Part shown: piece by piece, positions 18,276 through 27,472 of the stretch
Position numbering within the stretch: the first letter of the stretch is position 1
Layout: every line of letters starts with the position of its first letter
DNA from: Vulcanimicrobiota bacterium
GTDB taxonomy: Bacteria; Vulcanimicrobiota; Vulcanimicrobiia; Vulcanimicrobiales; Vulcanimicrobiaceae
Direction: 5' to 3'
Assembly (NCBI GenBank): GCA_963733295.1
Contig: CAVTCS010000003.1
Coordinates: forward strand, 1,344,001 to 1,408,000
Length of the DNA: 64,000 bases
Notes under the pieces: model-generated
Told to the model about the DNA's origin: nothing
Databases searched by the model: none
The model's input: only the letters and a program-made list of their open reading frames with translations
Program-made: the position numbers and the translations under genes

Positions 18276-18932
18276 CTACGGTAGCGGCAGTAAGGAGGCC
18301 GCCGGCGCGAGCGCCGCATCGCCGCTGCGCTCGGTCGAACCCGACGCCACGAGTTGACGATAGGCGGCAAGACGCGACGATAAGCGCGTGACTTCACCAT
18401 CGAGTACTTGAGAGGCTCGAATCGCCTTGGTGAGTTCCTGCGAGTCGTAGGTGTAGTCGAAGCGTTCGAGCGCCGCGACGATCGTCGCGGTCTGCGTCTT
18501 CAACTGCATGTAGGAGCGCCTCAAGCTCCGGCCGGTCTCGGCGAAGGTCGGATAGTTCGAGACGACGATCTCGCGTTTGATCCGCGCTTCGCCGATCTCG
18601 GTGCGCAGTTCGGCGAGCCTCACGCTCTCGGGATCGTACTTCTGCGCGATCGACAGCGCCGTCAGCGCCTCGTCGATCTTCGAGGTCTGGTAGAGTGCAG
18701 CGGCGATTTTGAGCTGAACCGCGGCCATCCCGGCTCGGGCATGTGTGTCTTGTGGTGAGACCTGGAGCGCGAGACGGTACGCCAACTGGGCATCGCTCAG
18801 ATTGCCGCGGTCGAGCGCCCTGTCGCCTTGCGAGTTGCGCTGCTCAACGATGAAATCTGAAACGCCGCCGGCGCAACCGGCGAGCGGGACGAGCAGCAGC
18901 ACAAGAGCGAGCAATCGAGCAAATCGGTTCAC
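18276..18932 (-). CDS. TPR-containing lipoprotein
   Basis: Signal peptide with lipobox LAGC; TPR-like AQLAYRLALQVSP and ALTALSIAQKYDP. Confidence 0.7.
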   Translation of the reverse strand: MNRFARLLALVLLLVPLAGCAGGVSDFIVEQRNSQGDRALDRGNLSDAQLAYRLALQVSPQDTHARAGMAAVQLKIAAALYQTSKIDEALTALSIAQKYDPESVRLAELRTEIGEARIKREIVVSNYPTFAETGRSLRRSYMQLKTQTATIVAALERFDYTYDSQELTKAIRASQVLDGEVTRLSSRLAAYRQLVASGSTERSGDAALAPAASLLPLP

Positions 18933-18956
18933 GTTTCTTCCTCTAAGGGAGTGGAC

Positions 18957-19823
18957 TTAATGGATCGCGCTGACGGCTTTCGCGGCTCCGCCGATAAACC
19001 ACGCCGCCGGGTACAGGATGGCTTGCGAGAGGAGCGTTCCGACGACAGCCGTCAGCGCCAAGTAAAAGACCATCGATTTGACGTGAGCGAGCGTTCGCTC
19101 GCCTTTGGCCGCCTGATCGACGATGTAGGCGGAAGTAGGATCGACGATCACTGCGAACGCGATCGTCGCGATACCGTTGACCAATCCCGAGGCCGAAAGC
19201 GCGGTGCGCGCGACCTCGGGCCGCAGGATGCTCGCATAGTACGAAGCGACGACACCGATGGCGTACACTCCGGTGACGAGCAGGTTTCCGATCAGCAGTT
19301 TGGCCGGGACGTCCTTCAGCGAATAGCGCGAGAACAGGTGTAGCGACGGAATCCGGACGGTTCGCACGATGTCGAACCACACGCGCGGATCGGAGAGCCG
19401 CAGGAGCGAGCTCGGAATCGAGCCGCGCCGCTCGAACGCGCCGACCCCTCGCTCGAAGACGTAGACGAAGGTTGGCAGAAAGATAGCGCCGAGCAGCGTA
19501 CCGACCGTCCCGGCGAAAACGATCGTTCGCATTTGCCACTCGAATTGATTCGCCTCGAGCAGCGCGAGCGAGGGGTCGCGCAGGACGTACCCCGCCCGGT
19601 CGGCGAGCGTTCCGAGCATCGGCGCGTAGAACATGTTCGCGAAGCGGCTGGCCGTCACGAAGAGGTTGAAGAGCGAGATCGAGGTTCCGATGCGTCCGGT
19701 CATGACGCCCGCGACGCGGGCCGCGTACGCTCCGACTTGCACGGCTTGCAGAAAGCCGTTGAGCACGATGGCGATAACGAGCTGCACCGACCAGAATGGC
19801 AGGGTGTGCCCCGCCAGATTCAC
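18957..19823 (-). CDS. amj: Lipid II flippase Amj family (DUF2837)
   Basis: SLFNLFVTASRFAN, GTVGTLLG.IFLPTF, GLVNGIATI....VDP match Bacillus Amj motifs as I recall them. Confidence 0.85.
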   Translation of the reverse strand: MNLAGHTLPFWSVQLVIAIVLNGFLQAVQVGAYAARVAGVMTGRIGTSISLFNLFVTASRFANMFYAPMLGTLADRAGYVLRDPSLALLEANQFEWQMRTIVFAGTVGTLLGAIFLPTFVYVFERGVGAFERRGSIPSSLLRLSDPRVWFDIVRTVRIPSLHLFSRYSLKDVPAKLLIGNLLVTGVYAIGVVASYYASILRPEVARTALSASGLVNGIATIAFAVIVDPTSAYIVDQAAKGERTLAHVKSMVFYLALTAVVGTLLSQAILYPAAWFIGGAAKAVSAIH

Positions 19824-21082
19824 GCGACGGCCGCGCTACGCTGCCATCGAATCGTCGATTCGTCGACCGGCCCGAGCACACAGAGGCCGAGATTCTCCGG
19901 CGCGAAAAGCTCGCGCGCCAGCGCACGAACCTCTTCGGCTTGCACCGCGTCCACCGCGGCTTCGAGCTCTTCGGTCGTCACGTTCCGACCGAGATTGAAC
20001 TCGCTGCGTCCGAGGCGAATCATGCGGCTCGAAGTGCTCTCGAGCGAGAGCGTCAGGCTACCCTTGATGTGTTCTTTCGCGAGCGTCAGCTCGGCGGCGT
20101 CGACGCCCTTGCGCGCAAGTTTCTGGAATTCACCGACGATCACGTCGACGCACTCTTGAACGTTCTCCGGAGCGGTGCCGGCGGAAACGCCGAAGAGTCC
20201 GGCGGCGCGATATCCTTGTTGGAAGGAGTAAATGCTGTACGCCAAACCACGCTTCTCTCGAACCTCTTGGAACAGACGGCTCGACATGCCGCCTCCTAGG
20301 ATCGTATCGAGAACCGAAAGCGTGAAGCGGCGATCGTCCCGCACCGAGAGTCCGCGCGAACCAAGGACGACGTAAGCTTGTTCCGTGTCCTTCGTCTTGA
20401 AGAGCGGCTGCGGGGTGGGCCGTGGCCGCTCGGGGACCGGCGCTTCGATGCTGCCTGAGAAGTCGGCGAAGGCTTTCGCAAGCATCTCCACCAGCGGCTC
20501 GTGTTCGATCGCACCGGCCGCCGCGACCATGACCGTGTTGGGAGCGTAGCGGGCGCGCAGGTGATGGTTCAAGTCTTCGCGCGTGATCGCCGAGACCGTC
20601 TCGGCGTATCCGATCGTCGGCTCACCCAGGTTGGAACCGCTCCACATCGTGCGAATGAAGAGGTCGTGGATCATTTCGTCAGGCGAGTCGTCGTACATCC
20701 GGATCTCTTCGAGAACGACCTTCTGCTCTTTGGAGATCTCGTCCGGATCGAAAACCGAGTGCAAGAACATGTCGGTGAGAACGTCGACCGCGAGAGGGAC
20801 GTGACGATCGATGACCTTGGCGTAGTAGCAGGTCGACTCTTTATCGGTGAATGCGTTCAAGTTGCCGCCCACGCCGTCCATCGCCTCGGCGATGGCGCGC
20901 GCGGTGCGGCGCTCCGTCCCCTTGAACAGCATGTGCTCGACCAGGTGCGAGATGCCGCGCTGTTCCGATCGTTCCGCGGCCGAGCCGACATCGGCCCAGA
21001 TGCCGAGTGAAGCCGAGCGAACGGAGGGCATCTGCTCGGTCAGGATGCGGACGCCGTTCGGTAGGGTGGTCTTACGGTACAA
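19820..21082 (-). CDS. M16 (pitrilysin) family zinc peptidase
   Basis: HLVEH inverted zinc motif, NAFTDKE, LGGGMSSRLFQEVREKRGLAY. Confidence 0.93.
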   Translation of the reverse strand: MYRKTTLPNGVRILTEQMPSVRSASLGIWADVGSAAERSEQRGISHLVEHMLFKGTERRTARAIAEAMDGVGGNLNAFTDKESTCYYAKVIDRHVPLAVDVLTDMFLHSVFDPDEISKEQKVVLEEIRMYDDSPDEMIHDLFIRTMWSGSNLGEPTIGYAETVSAITREDLNHHLRARYAPNTVMVAAAGAIEHEPLVEMLAKAFADFSGSIEAPVPERPRPTPQPLFKTKDTEQAYVVLGSRGLSVRDDRRFTLSVLDTILGGGMSSRLFQEVREKRGLAYSIYSFQQGYRAAGLFGVSAGTAPENVQECVDVIVGEFQKLARKGVDAAELTLAKEHIKGSLTLSLESTSSRMIRLGRSEFNLGRNVTTEELEAAVDAVQAEEVRALARELFAPENLGLCVLGPVDESTIRWQRSAAVA

Positions 21083-21098
21083 TCGGTCTCCGGCTGAC

Positions 21099-21731
21099 TT
21101 AGGTAGAGGGGGGTGAATTAGTCGGATTAGGCGACCCCCGCAACGGTCCTTCGCGGGTTCGCCCCGGGTGCAGGCGCGCGTGGAAGTCGGGTGCCCAAAA
21201 CACGTTCTTGCCCTGCTTGAGGCGTGAATTGACCGACGACTTCTCGTTACGTCGCACCGTGATCGAGAAAACGATGCGATCGGTCGGCTCCGCGTAGTCT
21301 CCGCTCACCGGTTCGAGCTTGTCGAATGGGATCGGTTCGACGGCCCAGATGTCGACCTCTTCCACGCGGGACGACGCGAACGTCCGCTTCACCAGCGACG
21401 CGATTTCGTCGCTGAAGCCGCGATCGTCGAGCCGGCCGTGGAACTTGACCCCCGAGACCATCAGGCCCGCGACCTCGTGCGGACCGACGCCGTCGACGCG
21501 GACCTTGAGGATTTGCGCCGGCCAGATCGTCGCGAGCAGATGACGCCCCAGATCGACTGCATCCGCGCGGCGGTTCCCCTCGGCCCGAGCGTTCGCGTTG
21601 AGCTCGACCATGGCGCGGCCCGGCGGGGACTGCGAGGGGTGCGGACGCGGCGCCGCAGCGCCCAATGCGAATCCTCCGAGCAGACCGAGCGCGAACGCCT
21701 TTGCCAAGAGTCCGGCTGCGCGTCGCGACAC
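21099..21731 (-). CDS. Hypothetical exported protein
   Basis: GTG overlapping the proS TAG, signal-like N-terminus, codirectional with its neighbours. Confidence 0.6.
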   Translation of the reverse strand: MSRRAAGLLAKAFALGLLGGFALGAAAPRPHPSQSPPGRAMVELNANARAEGNRRADAVDLGRHLLATIWPAQILKVRVDGVGPHEVAGLMVSGVKFHGRLDDRGFSDEIASLVKRTFASSRVEEVDIWAVEPIPFDKLEPVSGDYAEPTDRIVFSITVRRNEKSSVNSRLKQGKNVFWAPDFHARLHPGRTREGPLRGSPNPTNSPPST

Positions 21732-23194
21732 TAATAGCTCTGCGCGAAGTACGCCCGGACCGTCGCTGGTTCGCCGCACGCAACGCAGGTCGCGGCGCCG
21801 AGCAACGGGTGGAGGTTCCGCGTGGTCGCGCTCGTGTCGGCCTTCACGCGAGCCTCACAATCGGGCCGGCCGCACCACGGAATGTCGATCATGCCGGCTC
21901 TCGCACGCAAGAGGCGGTAGAACTCCGCGGTATCCGGCGCAGTCAAGGTGTGCTCGCGCAAGAACCGCTGCGCTTGTTCGAACAAACTGCGCTGAATCTC
22001 GCCGAGCAACTCGGGCAACGCACCCGCGACGTCTCCGAGCGGCAACGCGGTCTTTGCGCCGGGCTCGCCTTTCGTCCGATCGCGGCGCACCACCGTGACG
22101 GTTCCCGCCGCGAGGTCCTGGGCTCCAATTTCGAGGCGCAGCGGAACGCCGCGCATTTCCCAATCGGCGAACTTATTGCCCGGGCGCAGGTCGCGCGTGT
22201 CGAGCTTGACGCGCAAACCCGCGGCCCGCAACCTGCCGTCCAGCTCCCGCGCGGTCGCCATGACGTCGCTGCTATCGCCCTTCTGAATCGGAACGATCAC
22301 GGCTTCGAGCGGCGCGATCTTGGGAGGAAGCCGCAGGCCCCGGTCGTCGCCGTGAACCATGAGCAGCGCGCCCAGCATTCGCCAAGACATTCCCCACGAA
22401 GTCGTCCAGGCGTACTGCAACGATTGATCTTCCGCCGTGAACTTGATGTCGTACGCCTTGGCAAAATTCTGCCCCAACTCGTGCGAAGTCGCGCTCTGCA
22501 GCGCCCGCCCGTCAGGCATGAGCGCCTCGATCGAGAACGTGTGATTCGCTCCAGCGAAGCGTTCGCTGGCACTCTTTTCGCCCTTGTAGACGGGCACGGC
22601 GCAGACGTTCTCTGCCACGTCTGCATAGACGTCGAGCATCTTCGAAACTTCTTCGGCCGCTTCGCTCTCCGTCACGTGCGCCGTGTGACCTTCTTGCCAG
22701 AGGAACTCGAGCGTGCGGAGGAAAGGCCGCGTGCGCTTTTCCCAGCGCACGACGTTGGCCCACTGATTGATCAAGATCGGCAAGTCGCGGTACGACTGCA
22801 CCCACTCCGCGTACATCGTCCCGATGATGACTTCCGAGGTCGGCCGGATCGCGAGGCGTTCCGTCAGCTTTTCCCCGCCGCCCTCGGTGACCCAGGCGAC
22901 TTCGGGCGCGAACCCTTCGACGTGGTCGGCTTCCCGCGCGAGCAGACTCTCGGGGATCAGCAGCGGGAAGTATGCGTTCTCGTGACCGGTCGCTTTGAAG
23001 CGCGCGTCCAATTCCGCCGCCAGCCGCTCCCATAGCGCGTAGCCGTAGGGTCGCAGAACGAGACAGCCGCGCACCGGCGCGAGCGAAACCAGCTCGGCCT
23101 TGTAGCAAACGGCTTGATACCATTCGGAAAGGTCGTCGGCTTTCGGCGGGATCTCTTTGACGAGCGGAGTTTGCTCGCGAGTGAAATCGGACAT
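21731..23194 (-). CDS. proS: Proline--tRNA ligase (archaeal/eukaryotic-like type)
   Basis: HVEGFAPE, IRPTSE, QWANVVRWE, FLRTLEFLWQEGHT, Cys-rich C-terminus ending FAQSY. Confidence 0.96.
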   Translation of the reverse strand: MSDFTREQTPLVKEIPPKADDLSEWYQAVCYKAELVSLAPVRGCLVLRPYGYALWERLAAELDARFKATGHENAYFPLLIPESLLAREADHVEGFAPEVAWVTEGGGEKLTERLAIRPTSEVIIGTMYAEWVQSYRDLPILINQWANVVRWEKRTRPFLRTLEFLWQEGHTAHVTESEAAEEVSKMLDVYADVAENVCAVPVYKGEKSASERFAGANHTFSIEALMPDGRALQSATSHELGQNFAKAYDIKFTAEDQSLQYAWTTSWGMSWRMLGALLMVHGDDRGLRLPPKIAPLEAVIVPIQKGDSSDVMATARELDGRLRAAGLRVKLDTRDLRPGNKFADWEMRGVPLRLEIGAQDLAAGTVTVVRRDRTKGEPGAKTALPLGDVAGALPELLGEIQRSLFEQAQRFLREHTLTAPDTAEFYRLLRARAGMIDIPWCGRPDCEARVKADTSATTRNLHPLLGAATCVACGEPATVRAYFAQSY

Positions 23195-23261
23195 GACAAG
23201 CCGCAGGTCTTCGTGCGAAGGATTCGCAGTCCTCGGCGGCGCGCGCAGCGAAGCCCTCCGG

Positions 23262-23861
23262 ATGCCCAAATCGACGAGGATCTATACCCGCACGGGCGAC
23301 GACGGGACGACCGGACTCGTCGGCGGACAGCGCGTCAAGAAGAACGCCCTGCGCATCGATACGTACGGCACGATCGACGAATTGTCGAGCGTCATCGGCT
23401 TGGCACGCAGCGCTCTGGCCGGCGCGCCCCCCAGCGCAGCGGCGCGTGCCGCAGAGCTCGATGCGTGGCTCGCCTGGACCCAGGACGTCCTCTTTAATCT
23501 CGGTAGCGAGCTCGCGACGCTGCCCGCCGATCGTCACGCAAGCATGCCGCTCGTCGGCGCGGCCGATGCCGGCGCGCTCGAGCGCGCCATCGACCGCGCG
23601 CAAAGGGACCTCGAGCCGCTTGCGAACTTCATCCACCCGGGCGGTTCGGCCGCGGGCGCCTTTCTGCACCAGGCGCGAACCGTCGCGCGCCGCGCCGAGC
23701 GCCTTCTGGTGACGCTGGGCGAGCGGGAACCCGTCTCGGCCGAGAGCGCGCAATACCTCAACAGGCTTTCGGACGCGATGTTCGTCTGGTCGCGTTGGAT
23801 CAACGCCGCCTACGGTACGCCCGAACATCTTTGGAATGCAAAGACGAGCCCTCCGGCGTAA
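23262..23861 (+). CDS. PduO-type cob(I)alamin adenosyltransferase
   Basis: IYTRTGDDGTT, YGTIDEL, ARTVARRAER, YLNRLSD. Confidence 0.93.
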   Translation: MPKSTRIYTRTGDDGTTGLVGGQRVKKNALRIDTYGTIDELSSVIGLARSALAGAPPSAAARAAELDAWLAWTQDVLFNLGSELATLPADRHASMPLVGAADAGALERAIDRAQRDLEPLANFIHPGGSAAGAFLHQARTVARRAERLLVTLGEREPVSAESAQYLNRLSDAMFVWSRWINAAYGTPEHLWNAKTSPPA

Positions 23862-23872
23862 GGTTCGGCGCA

Positions 23873-25393
23873 ATGGCCGAACCCAAGAAGGGCGACTCGT
23901 TCGTCGGAAGGCTCTTTTCCACGACGTCGCTCGAGTCGCTGCGCGACGCATCGCGTCCGGCCCCCCTGCGCCGCGTGTTGCGCGCGCGCGACCTGATCGC
24001 CGTGGGCCTCGGTACGATGATCGGCGGCGGCATCTTCACGACGATCGGTCCGGGCGTAAAGCTGGCCGGCCCGGCGATCGTGTTGGCCTTCGTCCTCGCC
24101 GGACTCGCCTCGTTCTTCGCGGCGCTTTGCTATGCCGAACTCGGGGCGATGGTTCCGATCGCGGGGAGTGCCTACACCTACGCGTACGCGACGCTCGGTC
24201 AGCTCGTCGCGTGGGTCATCGGATTTAGCCTCCTCTTCGAGTACGGCATCTCTGCCGCCCCGGTCGCGCAGCAGTTCTCGTCGGCCTTTCAGGGACTCTT
24301 GCTGTCCTTCGGCATCGCGCTGCCCGCGTGGGCGCAGACCTCCCATTTTGTGTTCGACCCGCATGCCTGGTGGAACGCGAGCCGCTGGGACTTCGCGCAT
24401 TCGCAGTACGACCTCATCGGCGCCGCCTTCGTGCTCTTGCTTTCGGTGCTGCTCTCGCTCGGAATTCGCGAGACGGCGGCCGTCAACAACACCTTCGTCG
24501 TATTGAAGATCTTGGCGTTGATCGTCTTCGTGGTCGCCGGCGCCTCGCTCTTTCACCTCCGCAATCTGATTCCGTTCACTCCGCTCGGTTGGGGCACGCT
24601 GACGCCGTTTTCGGGAGGAAACGGGGTCGGCATCATTCCCGCTGCGGCGCTCGTGTTCTTCAGCTACATCGGATTCGACACCGCAACCACGACCGCCGAA
24701 GAAACGCGCACGCCCCAGCGCGACATTCCGGTCGGAGTGATCGGTGCGCTGTTGATCGGAACGGTCATCTACTGCGTCGTCGCGATCGTCCTGGTCGGAA
24801 TCGTGCCCTGGCAACACGTCGACGAGAAGGCCGCCCTTGCGGCCGCGATTGCCCCGCTGCACAATCCCTTCGTCAACTGGGCGATCACCATCGGAGTTCT
24901 GGCCGGCACCACGAGCGTCGCGCTGGCCTCACTCCTGGGACAGTCGCGCATCTTCTACGTCATGGCGCGGGACCGGATGCTGCCGTCCTTCGTCGCCCGC
25001 GTCAACCCGCGCACGAAGACCCCCATCCTGATGACGATGATCACCGGCGTTGCGATCGCGTTCCTAACGCTGATCGTGCCCCTCGACGTTCTCCTCGATT
25101 TGGTCAACATCGGCACGCTGTTCGCGTTCTCGATCGTCTGCGCCGGCGTGATCTTCTTGCGCTACAAGCGGCCCGACATCCCGCGCCCGTTCCGCTCGCC
25201 CTTCGTGCCGCTCTTCCCGCTGCTGGGAATCGCGTTTTCGATGTTTCTCGCGGTTTTCGGTCTCACTACGCTGACCTGGCAGCGTTTCATCATCTCGCTC
25301 CTGATCGGACTGGTCATTTACTTCGCCTACGGATTTCGCAAATCGCGGCCCGAGGAACTCACCTGGTCGGCCACGGAGGGCTACGATCTATGA
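23873..25393 (+). CDS. APC-family amino acid permease (cationic amino acid transporter-like)
   Basis: GTMIGGGIF, CYAELGAMVP.AGSAYTY, FFSYIGFD, GQSRIFY.MARD. Confidence 0.92.
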   Translation: MAEPKKGDSFVGRLFSTTSLESLRDASRPAPLRRVLRARDLIAVGLGTMIGGGIFTTIGPGVKLAGPAIVLAFVLAGLASFFAALCYAELGAMVPIAGSAYTYAYATLGQLVAWVIGFSLLFEYGISAAPVAQQFSSAFQGLLLSFGIALPAWAQTSHFVFDPHAWWNASRWDFAHSQYDLIGAAFVLLLSVLLSLGIRETAAVNNTFVVLKILALIVFVVAGASLFHLRNLIPFTPLGWGTLTPFSGGNGVGIIPAAALVFFSYIGFDTATTTAEETRTPQRDIPVGVIGALLIGTVIYCVVAIVLVGIVPWQHVDEKAALAAAIAPLHNPFVNWAITIGVLAGTTSVALASLLGQSRIFYVMARDRMLPSFVARVNPRTKTPILMTMITGVAIAFLTLIVPLDVLLDLVNIGTLFAFSIVCAGVIFLRYKRPDIPRPFRSPFVPLFPLLGIAFSMFLAVFGLTTLTWQRFIISLLIGLVIYFAYGFRKSRPEELTWSATEGYDL

Positions 25394-25683
25394 CGTTTGA
25401 GGAGTTCATGCCGGATTATCTCGCGGCGCACTCCGACCGGCGCACCCAGGTGATCCACGCGGCGGGGACGATCGCCGGCGTGACGATCGTGGCGGCTGCC
25501 GCGCTGCAACGCAAACCGAAGTGGCTGCTGGCCGGGCTCGCCGCAGGCTACCTTCCGGCGTGGCTCTCGCATTGGGCGATCGAACGCAACCAGCCCAAGA
25601 CGTTCAAGCACCCGCTGCTCTCGCTGCGCGGCGACTTCGTGATGGCCGGAAGATTGCTCACCGGCAAACTCCCGCGGGTTTAG
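25390..25683 (+). CDS. DUF962/Mpo1-like small membrane protein
   Basis: MTFEEF..YLAAH, IHAAGT, AWLSHW.IE.NQPKTF.HP; ATGA overlap. Confidence 0.85.
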   Translation: MTFEEFMPDYLAAHSDRRTQVIHAAGTIAGVTIVAAAALQRKPKWLLAGLAAGYLPAWLSHWAIERNQPKTFKHPLLSLRGDFVMAGRLLTGKLPRV

Positions 25684-25687
25684 GCTG

Positions 25688-25852
25688 TTAGCTGCGCAGT
25701 TTCAGGAGCGCTCGCTGATACATCGCCAGGACGATGTCGAGCGCCGCGAGGGGGTCTTTGTCGTCGAGGCCGCCGATTGCGCTAAGCGTACGGTCGACGA
25801 GCGCGAAAGCCATCTCGCGATCGTCGTCCGAGTGCGCGCGCTCCCCGTTCAG
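25688..25852 (-). CDS. Small hypothetical protein (54 aa from CTG, 41 aa from the internal ATG), not in the ORF track
   Basis: LNGERAHSDDDREMAFALVDRTLSAIGGLDDKDPLAALDIVLAMYQRALLKLRS*; CTGA overlap with the upstream stop; fills the gap. Confidence 0.5.
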   Translation of the reverse strand: MNGERAHSDDDREMAFALVDRTLSAIGGLDDKDPLAALDIVLAMYQRALLKLRS

Positions 25853-26331
25853 GGCTGGTCCTCTTGCGCACCGGCTTCGATCAGTCCGGGCGTCATTACG
25901 TCGATCTTCGCATGCGCGCCGTCGTAGTGCACCTTCGTGTTGAAAGCGCGTGCGATGACGCTCAGCGAAACCATCGTTCTGCCGCGGACCGAAAACGGGG
26001 CGTGTTTGAGCGTCATGCGGTTTCCATTGAGCGTGGCGATCTTCTCGCCGACCTTCATGTGCAAGGTGTCGTCGGCTCGGGTTAGTTCGATCAGGCCGGT
26101 TTTGGCATCGTAGTTCGTTTCAGCGCCCAGCGTTTCGGCTACGACGCGCAGTGGAACGAAGACCTCGCCTTTCGGGGTCGTGACCGGCGGAACGTCCGAG
26201 ATCATCCGCTGGCCGTCGATTCGCAACGACGCCGGCGACGAAAGCGAAACGATCGCCGCGGCGACAGCCGAGATGGCGATGGTGGCAAAGACGCTTCGGC
26301 GGCTAGGGAGTCGTGGCGAGTTGCTTGCCAT
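25849..26331 (-). CDS. Copper amine oxidase N-terminal (stalk) domain exported protein
   Basis: Signal peptide; VFVPLRVVAETLGA.TNYD and APFSVRGRTMV. Confidence 0.82.
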   Translation of the reverse strand: MASNSPRLPSRRSVFATIAISAVAAAIVSLSSPASLRIDGQRMISDVPPVTTPKGEVFVPLRVVAETLGAETNYDAKTGLIELTRADDTLHMKVGEKIATLNGNRMTLKHAPFSVRGRTMVSLSVIARAFNTKVHYDGAHAKIDVMTPGLIEAGAQEDQP

Positions 26332-27466
26332 GTGCGGTCTCGTGGATGAAATCGGGATACTGATCGACGATCACTTTTTCGATCTCGACGCGCAGCGCGC
26401 CGAGGAGCTCGGCTTCCGGGAACGTTCCTACTAGCTCGCCCTTCCGATAGATCGCGCCCTTCCCCTTGCCGCCCGCGACGCCGACGTCCGCCATCTTTGA
26501 TTCGCCGGGCCCGTTGACGACGCAACCCATGACCGCAACCTTCACGGGAGCCGAGTATTCTTTGGCAATCAGTTCCACCGAGCGCGCCAAGTCGACGACT
26601 TCGATCTCGGCGCGCCCGCACGACGGGCAAGCTGTGATGTCGAATCCTTTTTCGCGGATCCCGAGAGCCTTGAGAATTCCCCAGCAAACGGGAACCTCTT
26701 CGACGGGGTCGGCCGCAAGCGAAACGCGCAGCGTGTCGCCGATGCCTTCCCAGAGAAGGATGCCCAGGCCAATCGAACTCTTGATGGTTCCTTCCCGCGG
26801 CAGGCCGGCTTCGGTGATCCCGAGGTGGAGCGCGTAGGGCGTATCGCGCTCCGCGAGCTTGCGGTCGGCCAAACGGTAGGCGTGGACGGTTGTCGGAACG
26901 TCGTGCGCCTTAAGCGAGATGACGATGTCGGTGTGCCCGAGTTCTTCGAGGATCTCGACGTGGCGCAGCGCCGAGAGGACCATCGCCTCCGGCGTGTGGC
27001 CGTGCTTCTCCTCGAGATCGCGCGCGAGCGAACCCATGTTCACGCCGATGCGGATAGGCGTGCCCATGTCTTTGGCGAGCTGCACGACTTCGCGCGTCTT
27101 CGTGCGATCGGTGATGTTGCCGGGGTTGAGGCGCAGCTTCGCCACGCCCGCTTCGAGCGCTGCCAGCGCCATTTTGTGATCGAAATGGATGTCGGCTACG
27201 ATCGGAACCGGCGAGCGCGCCACGATGTGCGGCATGCCGGCGGCGTCGGGAGCATCCTTGACCGTCACGCGAACGACTTCGCAGCCGGCCATCGCGAGAC
27301 CGTAGATCTGTTCGAGCGTCTTCTCGTAGTCGGCGGTGTCGGTCGTCGTCATCGACTGAACGGCGACCGGGTGGTCGCCGCCTATCCAGACTTTCTTCGC
27401 GTCCTTCGACCAAGACGACTTGTTCTCGAGCAAAATCGGTTTCGACTTGCGGCGCAAACGAACCAT
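26303..27466 (-). CDS. ispG: HMBPP synthase
   Basis: VQSMTTT, VADIHF, RLNPGNI, LHLGITEAG, ACPSCGR, VMGCVVNGPGE. Confidence 0.96.
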   Translation of the reverse strand: MVRLRRKSKPILLENKSSWSKDAKKVWIGGDHPVAVQSMTTTDTADYEKTLEQIYGLAMAGCEVVRVTVKDAPDAAGMPHIVARSPVPIVADIHFDHKMALAALEAGVAKLRLNPGNITDRTKTREVVQLAKDMGTPIRIGVNMGSLARDLEEKHGHTPEAMVLSALRHVEILEELGHTDIVISLKAHDVPTTVHAYRLADRKLAERDTPYALHLGITEAGLPREGTIKSSIGLGILLWEGIGDTLRVSLAADPVEEVPVCWGILKALGIREKGFDITACPSCGRAEIEVVDLARSVELIAKEYSAPVKVAVMGCVVNGPGESKMADVGVAGGKGKGAIYRKGELVGTFPEAELLGALRVEIEKVIVDQYPDFIHETAHGKQLATTP

Positions 27467-27472
27467 AGCGAG

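Noticed and set aside
21665..23951. Long antisense or alternative-frame ORFs (e.g. 21665-23035, 22512-23951, 34919-36520, 56501-58096)
   Set aside because: These are Arg/Ala-rich shadow frames of well-supported genes, expected in high-GC DNA, with no recognisable motifs.
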